Positions 33,505 to 44,709 of a stretch of DNA of 64,000 bases are shown in pieces. The DNA comes from an uncultured Nitrososphaerota archaeon. Its GTDB lineage: Archaea; Thermoproteota; Nitrososphaeria; Nitrososphaerales; Nitrosopumilaceae. Below the pieces are notes generated by a model. That model saw nothing but the letters and a program-made list of their open reading frames with translations. It had not been told where the DNA came from and ran no database searches. The first letter of the stretch is position 1; every line of letters starts with the position of its first letter. The translations under genes and the position numbers were made by a program. The stretch is taken from contig OY969559.1 of the NCBI GenBank assembly GCA_963701075.1, positions 1,664,001 to 1,728,000 on the forward strand. Reading direction: 5' to 3'.

Positions 33505-33909
33505 ATGCTAGAAAGAAAGGATCAAAGTTTTAGTTATACTGTAAAGACTCAAAAGACCATAAACCAAGCAGTAGATGATATCACAGCTAGTCTTAAGGAA
33601 GTAGGGTTTGGTGTTTTAGGCACTCTAAATTTTAAGGAAATTTTGCAAAAGAAGGGACTAGATTTCAAAGATGAATACAGATTGTTAGAAGTATGCAATC
33701 CTTCCGCTGCAAAACAAGCCTTGGAATCAAACCCTGAAATAGGTTTGTTGTTGCCGTGTACTATTGCAGTATATCAGAAAAATAACGAGAACTGGATCAG
33801 CTTGGCAAGACCCACATCGCTTCTTGCAAACATCAATGATAGACAATTAGATAAATTTGGGGAAGAGATTGAACAAAAACTTGTCTCAGCCATACAAAAG
33901 GTGAAATGA
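33505..33909 (+). CDS. DUF302-family protein
   Basis: GFGVL, LEVCNP, IGLLLPC. Confidence 0.85.
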   Translation: MLERKDQSFSYTVKTQKTINQAVDDITASLKEVGFGVLGTLNFKEILQKKGLDFKDEYRLLEVCNPSAAKQALESNPEIGLLLPCTIAVYQKNNENWISLARPTSLLANINDRQLDKFGEEIEQKLVSAIQKVK

Positions 33910-34283
33910 TGGACCCACTTGTTTCTAAAAGTCTAGGAATAACTAATGAAGAGCTATATGACTTGCTTTCTAGTGTAAAATCACTACTTGTCTATGACAT
34001 ACGAACTAAAGAACAGTTCGAGTCGGGCCATATTCGGGGTTCTATCCACGCAGTTTGTGATTTTGATGTCAAACAAACCGTTATGCCTGATATTCCACGA
34101 GGTTCCAAAATAGTTCTAGTTGATGATGATGGTGCAACATCTTCTGAATTAGCTGTTGTGATGCATTCGTTTGGATTTGACAGTTATTTTCTAAAAGGAG
34201 GCATTAGGAATTGGAAGGGAAACCTAGTAAAGAAAATCTCTGGTGAAATACACAGTCCAACTTTTTGCATAAGACGTGGTTGA
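33906..34283 (+). CDS. rhodanese-like domain protein (no catalytic Cys)
   Basis: YDIRTKEQFESGHIRGS, LKGGIRNW. Confidence 0.75.
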   Translation: MMDPLVSKSLGITNEELYDLLSSVKSLLVYDIRTKEQFESGHIRGSIHAVCDFDVKQTVMPDIPRGSKIVLVDDDGATSSELAVVMHSFGFDSYFLKGGIRNWKGNLVKKISGEIHSPTFCIRRG

Positions 34284-34810
34284 ATGATGGATGAAAAAGT
34301 ATTCTTTGAATTATTACGCAAGAGGCGTTCGATTAGGTCTTTCAAAGAAGAGCCTATCGAGGAATCTAAACTAAATAAGATCCTTGAAGCGTGTAATTTA
34401 GCACCATCTTCTGGTGGTTTACAAACTTTTGAAATATATCAGGTTAAAAACAGGGAAATGAAAGAAAAACTTGTATCAGCTGCAAAGGATCAATCCTTTG
34501 TTGCTCAAGCCCCATTGTTGCTTGTATTTTGTGCAAATCCATCTCGTTCCATAGAAAAATTTGGAGAAAGGTCTCAATTGTTTTCTGTCCAGGATGCTAC
34601 AATAGCTGCTACTTATGCTCAGCTGACTGTGCATCTTTTGGAATTGTCTACAGTATGGGTTGGGCATTTGACGAAAAGAAAGTGTCAGAAATACTGCAAT
34701 TACCACAAGGACAAAGACCCATAGCTATGCTTCCAATAGGTTATGAGAATGAAAAACCAAAAGAAAAAGTAACGAGAGGAATTAAAGATCTGCTACATAC
34801 AATAAATTAA
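34284..34810 (+). CDS. nitroreductase family protein; frameshift in G run at about 34662
   Basis: RRSIRSF, LAPSSGG, TVWVG then AFDE..PIAMLPIGY in the next frame. Confidence 0.8.
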
Positions 34811-34889
34811 TTTTTGGCTGTAGATTTGAGTCAGAGCCTTACTTGACGATCAAAATTTTTGGAAATTTATTTTCAAACTAAAGCATAAT

Positions 34890-35180
34890 TTAAAACTGTG
34901 AAAATTTCAATCTAGTTCTTGTTGAAATAACTATGATAGATATGATGGAAATAGCAAGGATTGCTAATGCTACTGGACCAAATTCTGGAGCTGCGTGTGT
35001 ACCTACTATTTCCACATGACTAGTGCCGTTTGGAGTTACGACAGTTATGACTGTGTCAGTTCCAAAGGCTGTGGAGGTAGCATATCCTTTTTCATGACCA
35101 TCAACAAAAACTGTAAAATTCTCATTATTGCCTGAGATGATTCCACTGTCAAAACCTACAGATAGCTCGTCGTTTGTCAA
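34890..35180 (-). pseudogene. PEFG-CTERM protein C-terminal fragment
   Basis: VEIVGTHAAPEFGPVAL plus TM; no signal peptide; possible frameshift at AGCT about 35200. Confidence 0.55.
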
Positions 35181-35394
35181 GATATTATCGAGTGTAATTA
35201 GCTTGTATCCTTGTTAGGTTCCATTGATATAGAGGAAATCTTGCCTACATAATCCATATTGGATATGTCGGGATTGGATGTATTCAGGTTATGTAAGAAA
35301 TAGAAGATAGTGTGGGTTTTGTTATTTAATGTAAGATAATACTTGTTTGAGATTTTCAGAAGAGCTAGACCTTATCTTAATTGATTTCACTAAA

Positions 35395-36225
35395 ATGGTG
35401 GCAGTGAAGGAACACTATGTTACAGTCGATGGCAACAAGATAAGATATCTTGAGGAAGGCAATGATGGAACACATGTTGTTCTAATACATGGCCTTGGCA
35501 GCCAAGCTGAGAGGTGGCAACAAGTCATTCCACACCTAAGCCGGAATCACAGAGTCATAACTCCAGACTTGATAGGATTCGGTAAAAGTGAGAAGCCGCA
35601 GGTTGACTATACGCCAAAATATTTTGTAAAGTTTGTCTTTGATTTTTTAGAAGAGCTTGGTATTAGCAAGACCATCATGATAGGATCTTCCCTTGGAGGC
35701 CAGATTGTAGCAGAATCTGCAGCGGCCTCAGAAAATGACACAATCCAAAAAATAATTCTCGTCTCCCCGACAGGTACCATGCGTACAACAAATCCTACGC
35801 TTGATGCATATATCATGGCAGCCCTGTATCCGCAGCATGATCTGATCAAGACAGCATACCAGATGATGGCAGGCAAGCAAAAAGATGTGGATGATTCAAC
35901 CATCGAGAGATTCCGCAATGGTATGTCCCAGCCAAATGCAAAAATGTCTTTTTTGTCTTCAGTCATTAGCTTCAAGCACTGGCCAGCAATAACTGATAGA
36001 TTGCAGTTGATCTCAATACCAAGTCTGGTTATTTGGGGAAGAGATGATACCATGATTCCAATTAATCATGCAAATGACTATGTATCAAATCTCAAGGATT
36101 GCAAGTTTGTCGTAATGGAAGGATGCGGGCACAGGCCACATGTAGAAGACTCTGAAAAGTTTTCTCAGATCATGCTAAAGTTTCTAGGCAACAAGATGCA
36201 GATTGCACAGCAAATTACAGCGTAA
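35395..36225 (+). CDS. alpha/beta hydrolase
   Basis: IHGLG, PDLIGFG, GSSLGG, WGRDD, GCGH. Confidence 0.9.
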   Translation: MVAVKEHYVTVDGNKIRYLEEGNDGTHVVLIHGLGSQAERWQQVIPHLSRNHRVITPDLIGFGKSEKPQVDYTPKYFVKFVFDFLEELGISKTIMIGSSLGGQIVAESAAASENDTIQKIILVSPTGTMRTTNPTLDAYIMAALYPQHDLIKTAYQMMAGKQKDVDDSTIERFRNGMSQPNAKMSFLSSVISFKHWPAITDRLQLISIPSLVIWGRDDTMIPINHANDYVSNLKDCKFVVMEGCGHRPHVEDSEKFSQIMLKFLGNKMQIAQQITA

Positions 36226-36272
36226 TTGTACGACTGAATATTTTTATACACTGTTAATTTTTCCAATGTAGA

Positions 36273-36527
36273 ATGGACGCATATCTTGAAGAAGAGTTGT
36301 ATGACCTGATGACTTTTTGCGTGCAAAATGCATCAACATCTCCTGATTATGATTCCAAAAAAGAAAGGATTCGCGAGATAGGCAAGGAGATTCATAGCGA
36401 CGGAGGAGCAGATGCAATGGAGAACATGTATTTTGCGATACAAAATAGGATAAAAGAAGAGATTCAAAAAGATGCCAAGCCCTATCGCTCATGGTGGAAT
36501 GGCATCACAGATGAATGGAAGTACTAG
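36273..36527 (+). CDS. hypothetical protein
   Basis: EIGKEIHSDGG...WWNGITDEW; compact ORF. Confidence 0.7.
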   Translation: MDAYLEEELYDLMTFCVQNASTSPDYDSKKERIREIGKEIHSDGGADAMENMYFAIQNRIKEEIQKDAKPYRSWWNGITDEWKY

Positions 36528-36567
36528 ATTAATCAGTTAGATACTACAGTATGACACCAATTATCAA

Positions 36568-37494
36568 TTAGTTTTGGCTACACAACCCTGCAGGACTTGA
36601 TAGACCTGCCTGGTTATTTTCGCATATGTTGTTATCATATGTATTGCCAGTACTATCAGGATCAGCTAAAAATCCAACATGGTTATTTGTTTCAGCATCA
36701 TTGTTGACAAGATTGTTGTTTGTGCTTACAAGTAGCAGATATCCCACCATGCCATTATCAATAGAGGTGTTATTTTCAAGATTTATTCCAGTGCTTCCAA
36801 AAAGTGCAAAGCCGCTGTAATTATTCCCTATGGCTTGGCTATTTTCCAACACATCGCCAGAACTTGAGCTAATTATAAAGCCGTCCTGTAAATTTTCGTA
36901 TGATTTATCATTTTCAAATGTGGTATCATTAGATCCAGTCAGGGCAACAAAGCCAGCTTTTGCATTTCCACTTGAGAGATTATTATCAAGTTGATTTTTG
37001 CCGGAGCTTGACTCGATGACAAACCCATAGCCTCCATTGTGAGCAGCTTCTCCATTGGCTAGTTGGTTGTTATTTGAATTTGACATTATGTCAAAGCCAT
37101 AGTTACCGTTATTGTCTGCCTTGTCAGAGATCAGATTATTATTTGAGGAACCGGATCGTACCACAAAGCCGTTGTTAAAGTACATTACATGACAGTTCTT
37201 TACTGTCACTCCATTTGCATTCACGAGTGTTATGCCGTTAAGGCCAGTCATACCATTAGGAGAAGAAAATGGTCCTGTTATGGTGTGCCCCGCACAGTCC
37301 AGAACTATATTGTTGGCGCCAATTGATATGCCGTCGGTGCCGCTATCCATACAATTAAGGTCAGCCTCAAGAGTTACCGATTGGGTAATTGTCTGGCCGC
37401 ACGTAATGGTTTGTGCGTTTGCGTTGTATACTGGGCTTGCGATAATAACCAACGCTAAAACAGCAAACATTGGAAGAATGAGAATTTTTTTCAT
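36568..37494 (-). CDS. secreted right-handed parallel beta-helix (NosD-like) protein
   Basis: Signal peptide, TCGQTIT..DLNC, LDCAGHTI, Asn-rich repeats. Confidence 0.8.
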   Translation of the reverse strand: MKKILILPMFAVLALVIIASPVYNANAQTITCGQTITQSVTLEADLNCMDSGTDGISIGANNIVLDCAGHTITGPFSSPNGMTGLNGITLVNANGVTVKNCHVMYFNNGFVVRSGSSNNNLISDKADNNGNYGFDIMSNSNNNQLANGEAAHNGGYGFVIESSSGKNQLDNNLSSGNAKAGFVALTGSNDTTFENDKSYENLQDGFIISSSSGDVLENSQAIGNNYSGFALFGSTGINLENNTSIDNGMVGYLLLVSTNNNLVNNDAETNNHVGFLADPDSTGNTYDNNICENNQAGLSSPAGLCSQN

Positions 37495-37531
37495 GCTATG
37501 CGATAATTTACCGATAGCGTCCTATAAAGAT

Positions 37532-38808
37532 GGTTCTATCAACTTGATGGCTCATCCAACAAGTAGACTCGGTGCAATCTGCTCCACATCTTTGAACTGC
37601 TTCATAGCTTCACCTTGCACTGCGTCAGGCTCGAACCGTGCTGGTTCTTTCTGCTCCAGCATTGCCAAGCCTCTAGCCAGAATGTTCTTGCTGGCGTTGT
37701 TGTCCCTGTCTGTGGTAACACGACAGGTAGGACATCTCATCATTCGGCGCTCTTCGGGTATCATTTTTGACCCACATGCCGCACACTTCGATGAGGTTCC
37801 ATTTGGTTTTACAAAAATTACTTCAAGGCCATTACAATCAACTGACTTGTATTCGATCATCTTTTGCAACTTGAATCTTGACCATGAGTTTAACCTGAAT
37901 CTAAATTTTTCCCTGACCATTTCCTTTTCTGTATAATCTTCTTATTCCGGTGAGATTCTCCATTATGACTTGTCTTCCTTGCGATATAATCTCCTTTGAT
38001 TTCTGGTGCAGGAATGTATCTTCCTTGTTTTTCTGCTTCTTGCCATATTTTTGTGCTAGATTCCTTCTGATCCTGTGGTCATTTCTTGTAAAGTGCGACA
38101 GTGTATCTCTGTATTTTATTTTCATTGATACGATATCAGATGTATCTACTATTGTAGTGATATCGCTTTCATCTGTACCAGTTGCGTTCTCAAGATTCAT
38201 GTCAATTCCAATGTATCCAGCCGGTTCCTTTCCTGATACCTCTCTTGTATAGGATATTGAGAGTTTTTCACCAGTTAATGTAACCTCGCCTAGTTTCAGA
38301 CCTGGTTGCAACAAAACATTACAGGTATGGTGATTTAGGTGAATGTAGACAAACTGTCTTGGTCTAACCGGAAACTTGAGATGGTTGTGGATTATCTCGT
38401 ATCTCTGGTTATCAATTACTAGTATGCATCTTTTCATAAATGGTATCTTTACACTTGCATTCTTCTTTTTTGCTCGACGATAGTTTTTGAGCATGGTACA
38501 GGCCTTCCAGATTGCAGTATAGACATATCCAGAATACATCGTCTTGTTTAACCTTGGGTAGACAAGACTACGCAGTTTGAATCGTGAGGTGATATCATGT
38601 TCGATACCAAGCCTTATTGCCTCGTTTACAACAAACCTGAAATCCTCCATCACTGGTAAAATCTCGGTACAGCGATGATTCTGTGTTGCACACTTGACTG
38701 ATAGCACGGCAGGCTTTTGATATCTCTGATCTTCTTAAAAAGAAGGTAATTGTGATATACCACAAAAAGTTTGCAATGCCTGACCATGAGCCATCAATTG
38801 ACAGAACC
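37532..38808 (-). mobile_element. non-autonomous tnpB-only element bounded by 23-24-bp terminal inverted repeats
   Basis: 37532-37555 GGTTCTATCAACTTGATGGCTCAT versus reverse complement of 38786-38808 GGTTCTGTCAA-TTGATGGCTCAT; no transposase; no target-site duplication seen. Confidence 0.75.
37552..38707 (-). CDS. tnpB: TnpB RNA-guided nuclease; frameshift in A run at about 37906-37910
   Basis: RuvC I GIDMN, RuvC II MENL, TSSKCAACG/CPTC zinc ribbon, RuvC III DRDNNASKNI. Confidence 0.9.
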
Positions 38809-39379
38809 TAATTTCAACAATATTTTTGCAACGCTGGCACCAATCATTTTGACTTGCTCTTCTTGTTTTTTGTCCTTTAGTGTTCCATCCGCATTAAAGG
38901 CTTCATGGGCTTTTCCAATAGCAACCTGGTCTGGCATAACAAGTACTCCTATATTTCCAAGTATGGATCTGGCATGAACTAGCCCTCTAAGACCGCCTAG
39001 TCCTCCAGGAGAAGCACTCATGATACCTGCAACTTTTCCTTTAAAACAAGCTAAACTCAGCTTCACCTTCAGACTGGCGCGATGTCCAGTCAATTGTATT
39101 TTTGAAAACAGCAGAGACCGAGCTGTTGTATTCTGGCGAAGAGATGAGAAAGCCTTGATGTGTCAACATCAGGTCCTTTAGCTTGCGCGCATTAGGAGGT
39201 AGCCCTTCTCGCTGTTCCAAGTCACCATCATAAAGGGGCATAGGAAAATCTCTAAGATCAACCACAGTCACATCCGCACCTGTTTCTGTTGCACCAGTTA
39301 CGGCTATCCTGATTAGTTTTTTATTAAATGAATCAGTACGGGTGCTTCCTGCAAATGCAAGTATTTTTGGTTTTGGCAT
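38794..39379 (-). CDS. NAD(P)H-dependent FMN reductase (ChrR/SsuE-like); 1-nt frameshift at about 39058
   Basis: FAGSTR..SFN, SPEYNSS, KNTIDW, SASPGGLGG. Confidence 0.85.
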
Positions 39380-39526
39380 CACAGCATCATCTGTTGATAT
39401 ACTGTTTGACACATTATTCAACATTTCACGAGCCCTAACCCATGAAATTCTAGTCCTAAAGACGTGGACTTGAACTCATTATCAGAAATGGTAATCTCGC
39501 CATTCTATAATAACTGAGGAAAAATA

Positions 39527-39793
39527 ATGAAAACTGCCGTGCTGCCTGAAAAACTATCTTTAGATGAGATGTGGAAATTCATAGATGAAATAATGCGCCC
39601 CAACGAACTGATTCCTGACAAATCTAGTCTTACCTACGAGCAGGTGTTTTCAATATATTCAAAACTATATGAAATTGATAGGATATTCAGAGAGATTGCA
39701 CAAATTAATATGTTAAAAAAAGAACTAGCCAAACAGGAACACGGTAAATATTCATTGCCTGTGAGACCATCTAAACAAGTATTGAGTTTTTGA
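39527..39793 (+). CDS. hypothetical protein
   Basis: 88-aa ORF preceded by GAGGA. Confidence 0.55.
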   Translation: MKTAVLPEKLSLDEMWKFIDEIMRPNELIPDKSSLTYEQVFSIYSKLYEIDRIFREIAQINMLKKELAKQEHGKYSLPVRPSKQVLSF

Positions 39794-39953
39794 AGCAGGT
39801 CTAATGATGGAATTCAACTCGCTAAAAAAGCAGAAAAGATCTGGAGAACGTTCTTTTCCTTTCACGGTTCAAAGAATTTTCCTCTGTTCAAATGAATTAG
39901 CATTTACTACTGCAATCTAAAAAAAAGAGTATGTAGAAAATCAAAGACGAAAA

Positions 39954-41246
39954 TTATTGTTTCCATACAAGTGGAGCTGCAAAGATCACAATCACAGATA
40001 CTCCCAGAATTATGATAGTAATCCAAACAAGAGTATTTGATAGCAATCCATTTGTCTTGCTACCAAGGACTTTCTTATCATTTGAAATCTTTAACAACAT
40101 TACAAGCAGAGGAACTGAAATTATTCCGCTAATTATCGATGCGTAAACGAGGGCTTTTATTGGATCTATGTTCACTAGATTAATCCACAAGCCAATGACC
40201 GTAGATCCAATGATGATCAAGTAGAATCCCTTTGCTTGCCTAAATTTTTTACTGAGACCTTCTTTCCATCCAAAACCATCTGACAAAGCATAAGCAGAAG
40301 ACCCAGCAAGAACAGGAATTGCAAGCAGACCCGTGCCAACTATTCCTGATGCAAAAAGAATTTCAGCTATTTTACCCGAGTCTGGAAAGTTGTGAACCAG
40401 CGGTTCCAATGCTTTTGCAGCTTGGGCTGCAGTCTGGATGTCAGTTATGTTATTAATATGCAAAGTATTTGCTGTGGCAATTATTATAAACCACATAATT
40501 ATTTGTGAAAAGGCCATTCCCACAGCAGTATCTGCTCTCATAAGGCGCATCTCTTTTTTTGTTATTCTGGGCTTTCCCTCGCCAATTTCTTTTATTTTGT
40601 TTTTGAGAACATCTTCTTCTGCTTCCTCAGATGCTTGCCAGAAAAATGCGTAAGGAGAAATTGTCGCACCAAAGATCGCCAGAAATATCATTAAAAAACC
40701 TGCATTCAACTCAAAATGAGGAATAAGAGTAGACCAAATTATCTTGCTCCAATCCCCACTTACTACAAATGCGGTAATGACATATGAAAAAAGAGCCAGT
40801 GTCATGTACTTTAACATCTTTGCGTATCTTTTGTATGAAAAGATAACCTCTGTAAATAAAATAAAAGCGGCAAAAGAGGCAGTTATCAAAACAGTTGGCA
40901 CCTTTGGTATGATTAGTTGAACTGAAGACCCCATGGCTCCAATGTCTGCGCCAATGGTTATTGTATTGGCAATCAACAGCAGTCCGACAATAAAGATTGT
41001 TATCTTTTTGGAATACTTTTCCTTTATGACACCTACAAGACCTTTTCCAGTGACAAGGCCGACTCTTGCACACATTTCCTGAATTGCCATCATAAGTGGA
41101 TACTGAAATAATGCAAGCCACGATACACCTAGCCCAAATTGTGCACCGCCTTGTGAGTATGTAGCTATTCCTGACGGATCATCGTCAGCGGCACCACTGA
41201 TTAGTCCAGGCCCAAGAATCCGAAATAGTGATTTTATAGACTTCAT
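39954..41246 (-). CDS. NRAMP-family divalent metal transporter
   Basis: GPGLISGAADDDPSGIATYSQ, GATISPY. Confidence 0.9.
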   Translation of the reverse strand: MKSIKSLFRILGPGLISGAADDDPSGIATYSQGGAQFGLGVSWLALFQYPLMMAIQEMCARVGLVTGKGLVGVIKEKYSKKITIFIVGLLLIANTITIGADIGAMGSSVQLIIPKVPTVLITASFAAFILFTEVIFSYKRYAKMLKYMTLALFSYVITAFVVSGDWSKIIWSTLIPHFELNAGFLMIFLAIFGATISPYAFFWQASEEAEEDVLKNKIKEIGEGKPRITKKEMRLMRADTAVGMAFSQIIMWFIIIATANTLHINNITDIQTAAQAAKALEPLVHNFPDSGKIAEILFASGIVGTGLLAIPVLAGSSAYALSDGFGWKEGLSKKFRQAKGFYLIIIGSTVIGLWINLVNIDPIKALVYASIISGIISVPLLVMLLKISNDKKVLGSKTNGLLSNTLVWITIIILGVSVIVIFAAPLVWKQ

Positions 41247-41391
41247 ATTGGCATGTTTGTTTTAAGAGAAGATAAATCTAGACATAATTATTATTCGTGA
41301 TAAAGTCAAAAGTAGGCCATATTTTGGCAGTAATTTTCTTTTCGCACAAATATGTTCATCAATTATTCAAAAATACTGTTGCCTTTTGTGA

Positions 41392-41718
41392 TTACAAAAG
41401 TTGAATACCGTGAGCTCTCCTATGAGTCAACAATTCTTCTTCGTTTGAAACTACATATCCACACATCTCACATCTAAGAAAACCAAAGTCTTCAATTGGC
41501 ACTTCTTTTGCCAACAAAAAATTCGTAGGATCAATGTTACGTACTTTGTAGCCCCGTCGTTTTGTTTCTACAAGAAAGGATTCCAGAATTTGCTCCACAT
41601 TTGCTTCATTTACCATCACCGATGATTCTTCCATCTTTGCCTCGATGTGGTGATTCTTTAAATAATTTGTCAGATCTACTGCGATTTCACTATCATTTGC
41701 ACAATCGATTATTATCAC
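41392..41718 (-). CDS. C-terminal C2H2 zinc-finger protein
   Basis: CEMCGY..EEELLTHRRAH. Confidence 0.75.
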   Translation of the reverse strand: MIIIDCANDSEIAVDLTNYLKNHHIEAKMEESSVMVNEANVEQILESFLVETKRRGYKVRNIDPTNFLLAKEVPIEDFGFLRCEMCGYVVSNEEELLTHRRAHGIQLL

Positions 41719-42336
41719 GATATAATTTCAAGACTGGTGCTCTCAATATGTCTTGCTAGAAGATTCAGAAAATTATTGCGGTTTGATTTCAAACTAGTTA
41801 ATGCTCTAGCTTTACTCCTTTTGACAGATCGTCAGTTTTAGTATTTTTGAGTGTATACGCATCTATCAGCATGGCTATTTTCAGGAGAAAAGTTGCTCCA
41901 AACTCTTCATCCTTAGAAGAAATAGATCTCCAGATTGTGATATAATCCCAATAATTTTCCTTATCAATAGAATGTCGGGCAGCAAGACTCCCATAGCCTT
42001 CTAGCAAGATCAGTGGTTTCCTCAGTTTTATCTGAATTTGACATGTTATCTTTGTCAATTTTCTATATCTTATACCCCCCTTCAGATTATCAACATTGGA
42101 AATAAAAAAGGCAACAACCTAAGCAGGATTCAGATCTTGATGATCCTTTGGTCACCAGTTTTCTTCAAAACACATTCCTTTCGGATCTGTTTTTTCTTGC
42201 TTGGTTATTACCTATACATTATACCACATTGATTAATAAAACAATGATCTAGATTTTCATTTTTGATAATCAGCGATGCAGCAAGGAACAAACTCTTACA
42301 GGCCTGAACCCTGTAAGACTCAAGCATACCAACATC

Positions 42337-42471
42337 TCAAAGCGATGGAGCAGTTGCAATGCCATCGCATTTGGTACAACGTCGTGATGTGAATGGCTCT
42401 CCAAGTTTCATAGTTACATCAAACTGATTTTTACATTTACCACATGTGTATGGAACTTGGATTGTAGTCAT
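42337..42471 (-). CDS. zinc-ribbon microprotein (44 aa, not in ORF track)
   Basis: MTTIQVPYTCGKCKNQF...RCTKCDG. Confidence 0.6.
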   Translation of the reverse strand: MTTIQVPYTCGKCKNQFDVTMKLGEPFTSRRCTKCDGIATAPSL

Positions 42472-42588
42472 ATTCGATAGAAAACTTCGCCTTTATTTGC
42501 ATAAGAATTAGGAGGGAAATTATCAAAAGTGGAATTCAACAAATATGGAACCCCGTAAGACTCTATCTTCGTCTCTGAAATTAGCATT

Positions 42589-43005
42589 CTACCTTACAAC
42601 CATTACGGGACAGTTAGCATGATGCATCACCTTTTGTGATACACTGCCAATTAACAGTTCTTGAAAAGATGACCTGCCTCTTGTCCCCATAATGATAAGA
42701 TCGTAGCTTTTTGCTTTTGCTAGTTCAATTATGACCTTGGCAGGATCTCCTTGCATTATCGTTATTTGCATAGATGTGTTACTTTTTGCAGCTTCAATCC
42801 TGTATTCTTCTAACATTTTCATGGCCTTGTCTTTGAGATCCTCAATTATCTCAAATGTATTAGCGCTGTCGCCCCCTACCTCGCATTGTACTACATGAAC
42901 TAGATCTAGTTTCGAATTGCATTTTTGAGCAAGATAGATTGCTCTCTGAAATGCTTTATTTGCCGATTCAGAACCGTCCACTGCTACCAGTATGTTTGAG
43001 AACAT
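42589..43005 (-). CDS. universal stress protein
   Basis: ILVAVDGSE, GDPA, IIMGTRG, IGSVSQKV, CPVMVVR. Confidence 0.92.
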   Translation of the reverse strand: MFSNILVAVDGSESANKAFQRAIYLAQKCNSKLDLVHVVQCEVGGDSANTFEIIEDLKDKAMKMLEEYRIEAAKSNTSMQITIMQGDPAKVIIELAKAKSYDLIIMGTRGRSSFQELLIGSVSQKVMHHANCPVMVVR

Positions 43006-43253
43006 TGGATTGATACGTGGTTGTATCTAATATTGTTGATCCTGTTTATCGTATGATCAGTATCTTTTTGTGCTAGTTTGTCCATATTAGAGATAAGACA
43101 TGAAGAATAAACCACATTTGGTGGGCTACGAACCCATCATGGTGGAAATTTGTTCTAGTCTTTAATTTTTTTATTTTTCACATTTTTTGCAAGTAAGACT
43201 TGGCAAGGCCTGAAGATTTAGACTCCACAGGTCTGAATTCAATTTGTTAATTT

Positions 43254-43520
43254 TTACCAATAGGCACTTTCACTTTGTGTAGAAGAAGAATCTTTTCTAT
43301 CCATATTGACATATTCTCTGACGCCTTCAAGATCCTTGAATATGCCTTCAGGAGCAAAAACAGAAGGAGCTTTTGTAGTCGGGAGATCACCACAGCAACT
43401 TTCAGCAAATTTTCTCATGTCATATTCAACATACTCGATCCCGCTAGTTTTCAAAAGAATTACAGCTTCCTGTGATTTCTCTGAACCGTCTATCAGTAGA
43501 ACAGGTTTACGCTTTATCAT
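43254..43520 (-). CDS. glutaredoxin-like small protein
   Basis: Start at MIKRKP; ESCCGDLP..APSVF. Confidence 0.5.
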   Translation of the reverse strand: MIKRKPVLLIDGSEKSQEAVILLKTSGIEYVEYDMRKFAESCCGDLPTTKAPSVFAPEGIFKDLEGVREYVNMDRKDSSSTQSESAYW

Positions 43521-43564
43521 AAAAATTAAACCATCTTGCAAAAAATTAAGGTTTCCTAAAACCT

Positions 43565-43981
43565 TTACTTCACTGTCCAAATATAATCGTCAAACCTGAG
43601 GAAGCTGTCGTACCATTTCAACGTTTTTCGGTGTCCCGCTAGGGAATATGTGACATCCCTGTGGTGTCCATTCCAGTGTTGCACAAACTCTTCTTTTGTG
43701 TCCTCTAGTTCTCCGAATTGGTTTTTGACAAAGTGTGATTCAAAATCAAGGCTAAACTTGTTGCACTTGTCACAATCACGAGCATAATGAGAAGTAAAGC
43801 CATAGGCCTCTCCCACAACGCATGTGTCTCGATTGTGAATGTCTAAAAACCACTTTATTTTAGTCAGAAATGGCACGGGCAATTTTGACAATCTTTGACT
43901 CCATGTAGGAGCAATCTGACTCAAGCCAATTGTAGATTCTTGGACCAGCTTGTTAGAATAGATTGCATTTGATTGCGCCAT
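43565..43981 (-). CDS. hypothetical protein
   Basis: CVVGEAYGF, CDKC, FVQHWN motif set. Confidence 0.65.
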   Translation of the reverse strand: MAQSNAIYSNKLVQESTIGLSQIAPTWSQRLSKLPVPFLTKIKWFLDIHNRDTCVVGEAYGFTSHYARDCDKCNKFSLDFESHFVKNQFGELEDTKEEFVQHWNGHHRDVTYSLAGHRKTLKWYDSFLRFDDYIWTVK

Positions 43982-44082
43982 AGTTCTTTATGGCACAGAA
44001 ATTATTTAACATATGGACCTTATTATCATCTATGGTATCTATCTTAACATTATTTAATAATTAGAAGAATATCAATAACTCC

Positions 44083-44667
44083 ATGACTAAAGGAGAAGTT
44101 CCGAACATTGTCGCCCTTGAAGTCCTAAAAAAGAACGGTGTAAACATAGAGAAGTTGAAAGAACTAATCACTAAAGGAGTAGGTGCAGAGTTTACGACAT
44201 ACTACTACTATACCATACTTCGTATGCACTGTACAGGACTTGAAGGAGAAGGCATAAAGGAAATCGTAGAAGACGCCAGAATAGAGGACAGAAACCACTT
44301 TGAAGCAATGGTGCCCAGATTGTACGAGTTGGGCGGAAGCCTGCCAAGAGACATTAGAAAGTTTGCAGACCAGGCAGGTTGTCCAGATGCTTATCTACCA
44401 GACAACTGGGAAGATATCAATTCCATCCTGAAAGTACTGCTTGAGGCAGAACAGTGTGCAATACGCTCATGGGGAGAGGTCTGCGATATGACCACAGGAA
44501 AGGATCCCAGAACGTATGACATTGCACAGAGAATAATGCAGGAAGAAGTGGAGCACGAAGCATGGTTCATAGAATTGTTGTCCAAGAGGCCGTCAGGACA
44601 CTTTAGAAGAAAATTCGCTGGACAATCACCGCATACTGGATCGCAAGGCGGTATGATACACCTCTAA
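44083..44667 (+). CDS. dps: DPS-like (DpsL) ferritin-family protein
   Basis: [44 protein letters not shown]. Confidence 0.9.
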   Translation: MTKGEVPNIVALEVLKKNGVNIEKLKELITKGVGAEFTTYYYYTILRMHCTGLEGEGIKEIVEDARIEDRNHFEAMVPRLYELGGSLPRDIRKFADQAGCPDAYLPDNWEDINSILKVLLEAEQCAIRSWGEVCDMTTGKDPRTYDIAQRIMQEEVEHEAWFIELLSKRPSGHFRRKFAGQSPHTGSQGGMIHL

Positions 44668-44709
44668 GAATTGACTTAAATATTTTCCAATTTTTTATTT
44701 TTTATAATC

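Noticed and set aside
37900-37915. Programmed -1 frameshift in tnpB at GGGAAAAA
   Set aside because: The downstream RuvC-III/zinc-finger frame is +1, not -1; a homopolymer error or mutation is more likely.
37232-37936. 234-aa plus-strand ORF
   Set aside because: Antisense shadow of tnpB and the beta-helix gene; no recognisable motifs.
37524-38816. Target-site duplication around the tnpB element
   Set aside because: The flanks ATAAAGAT and TAATTTCA do not match.
41798-42232. Short ORFs 41798..42058 and 42038..42232
   Set aside because: No recognisable domain; may be decayed gene remnants, so left uncalled.
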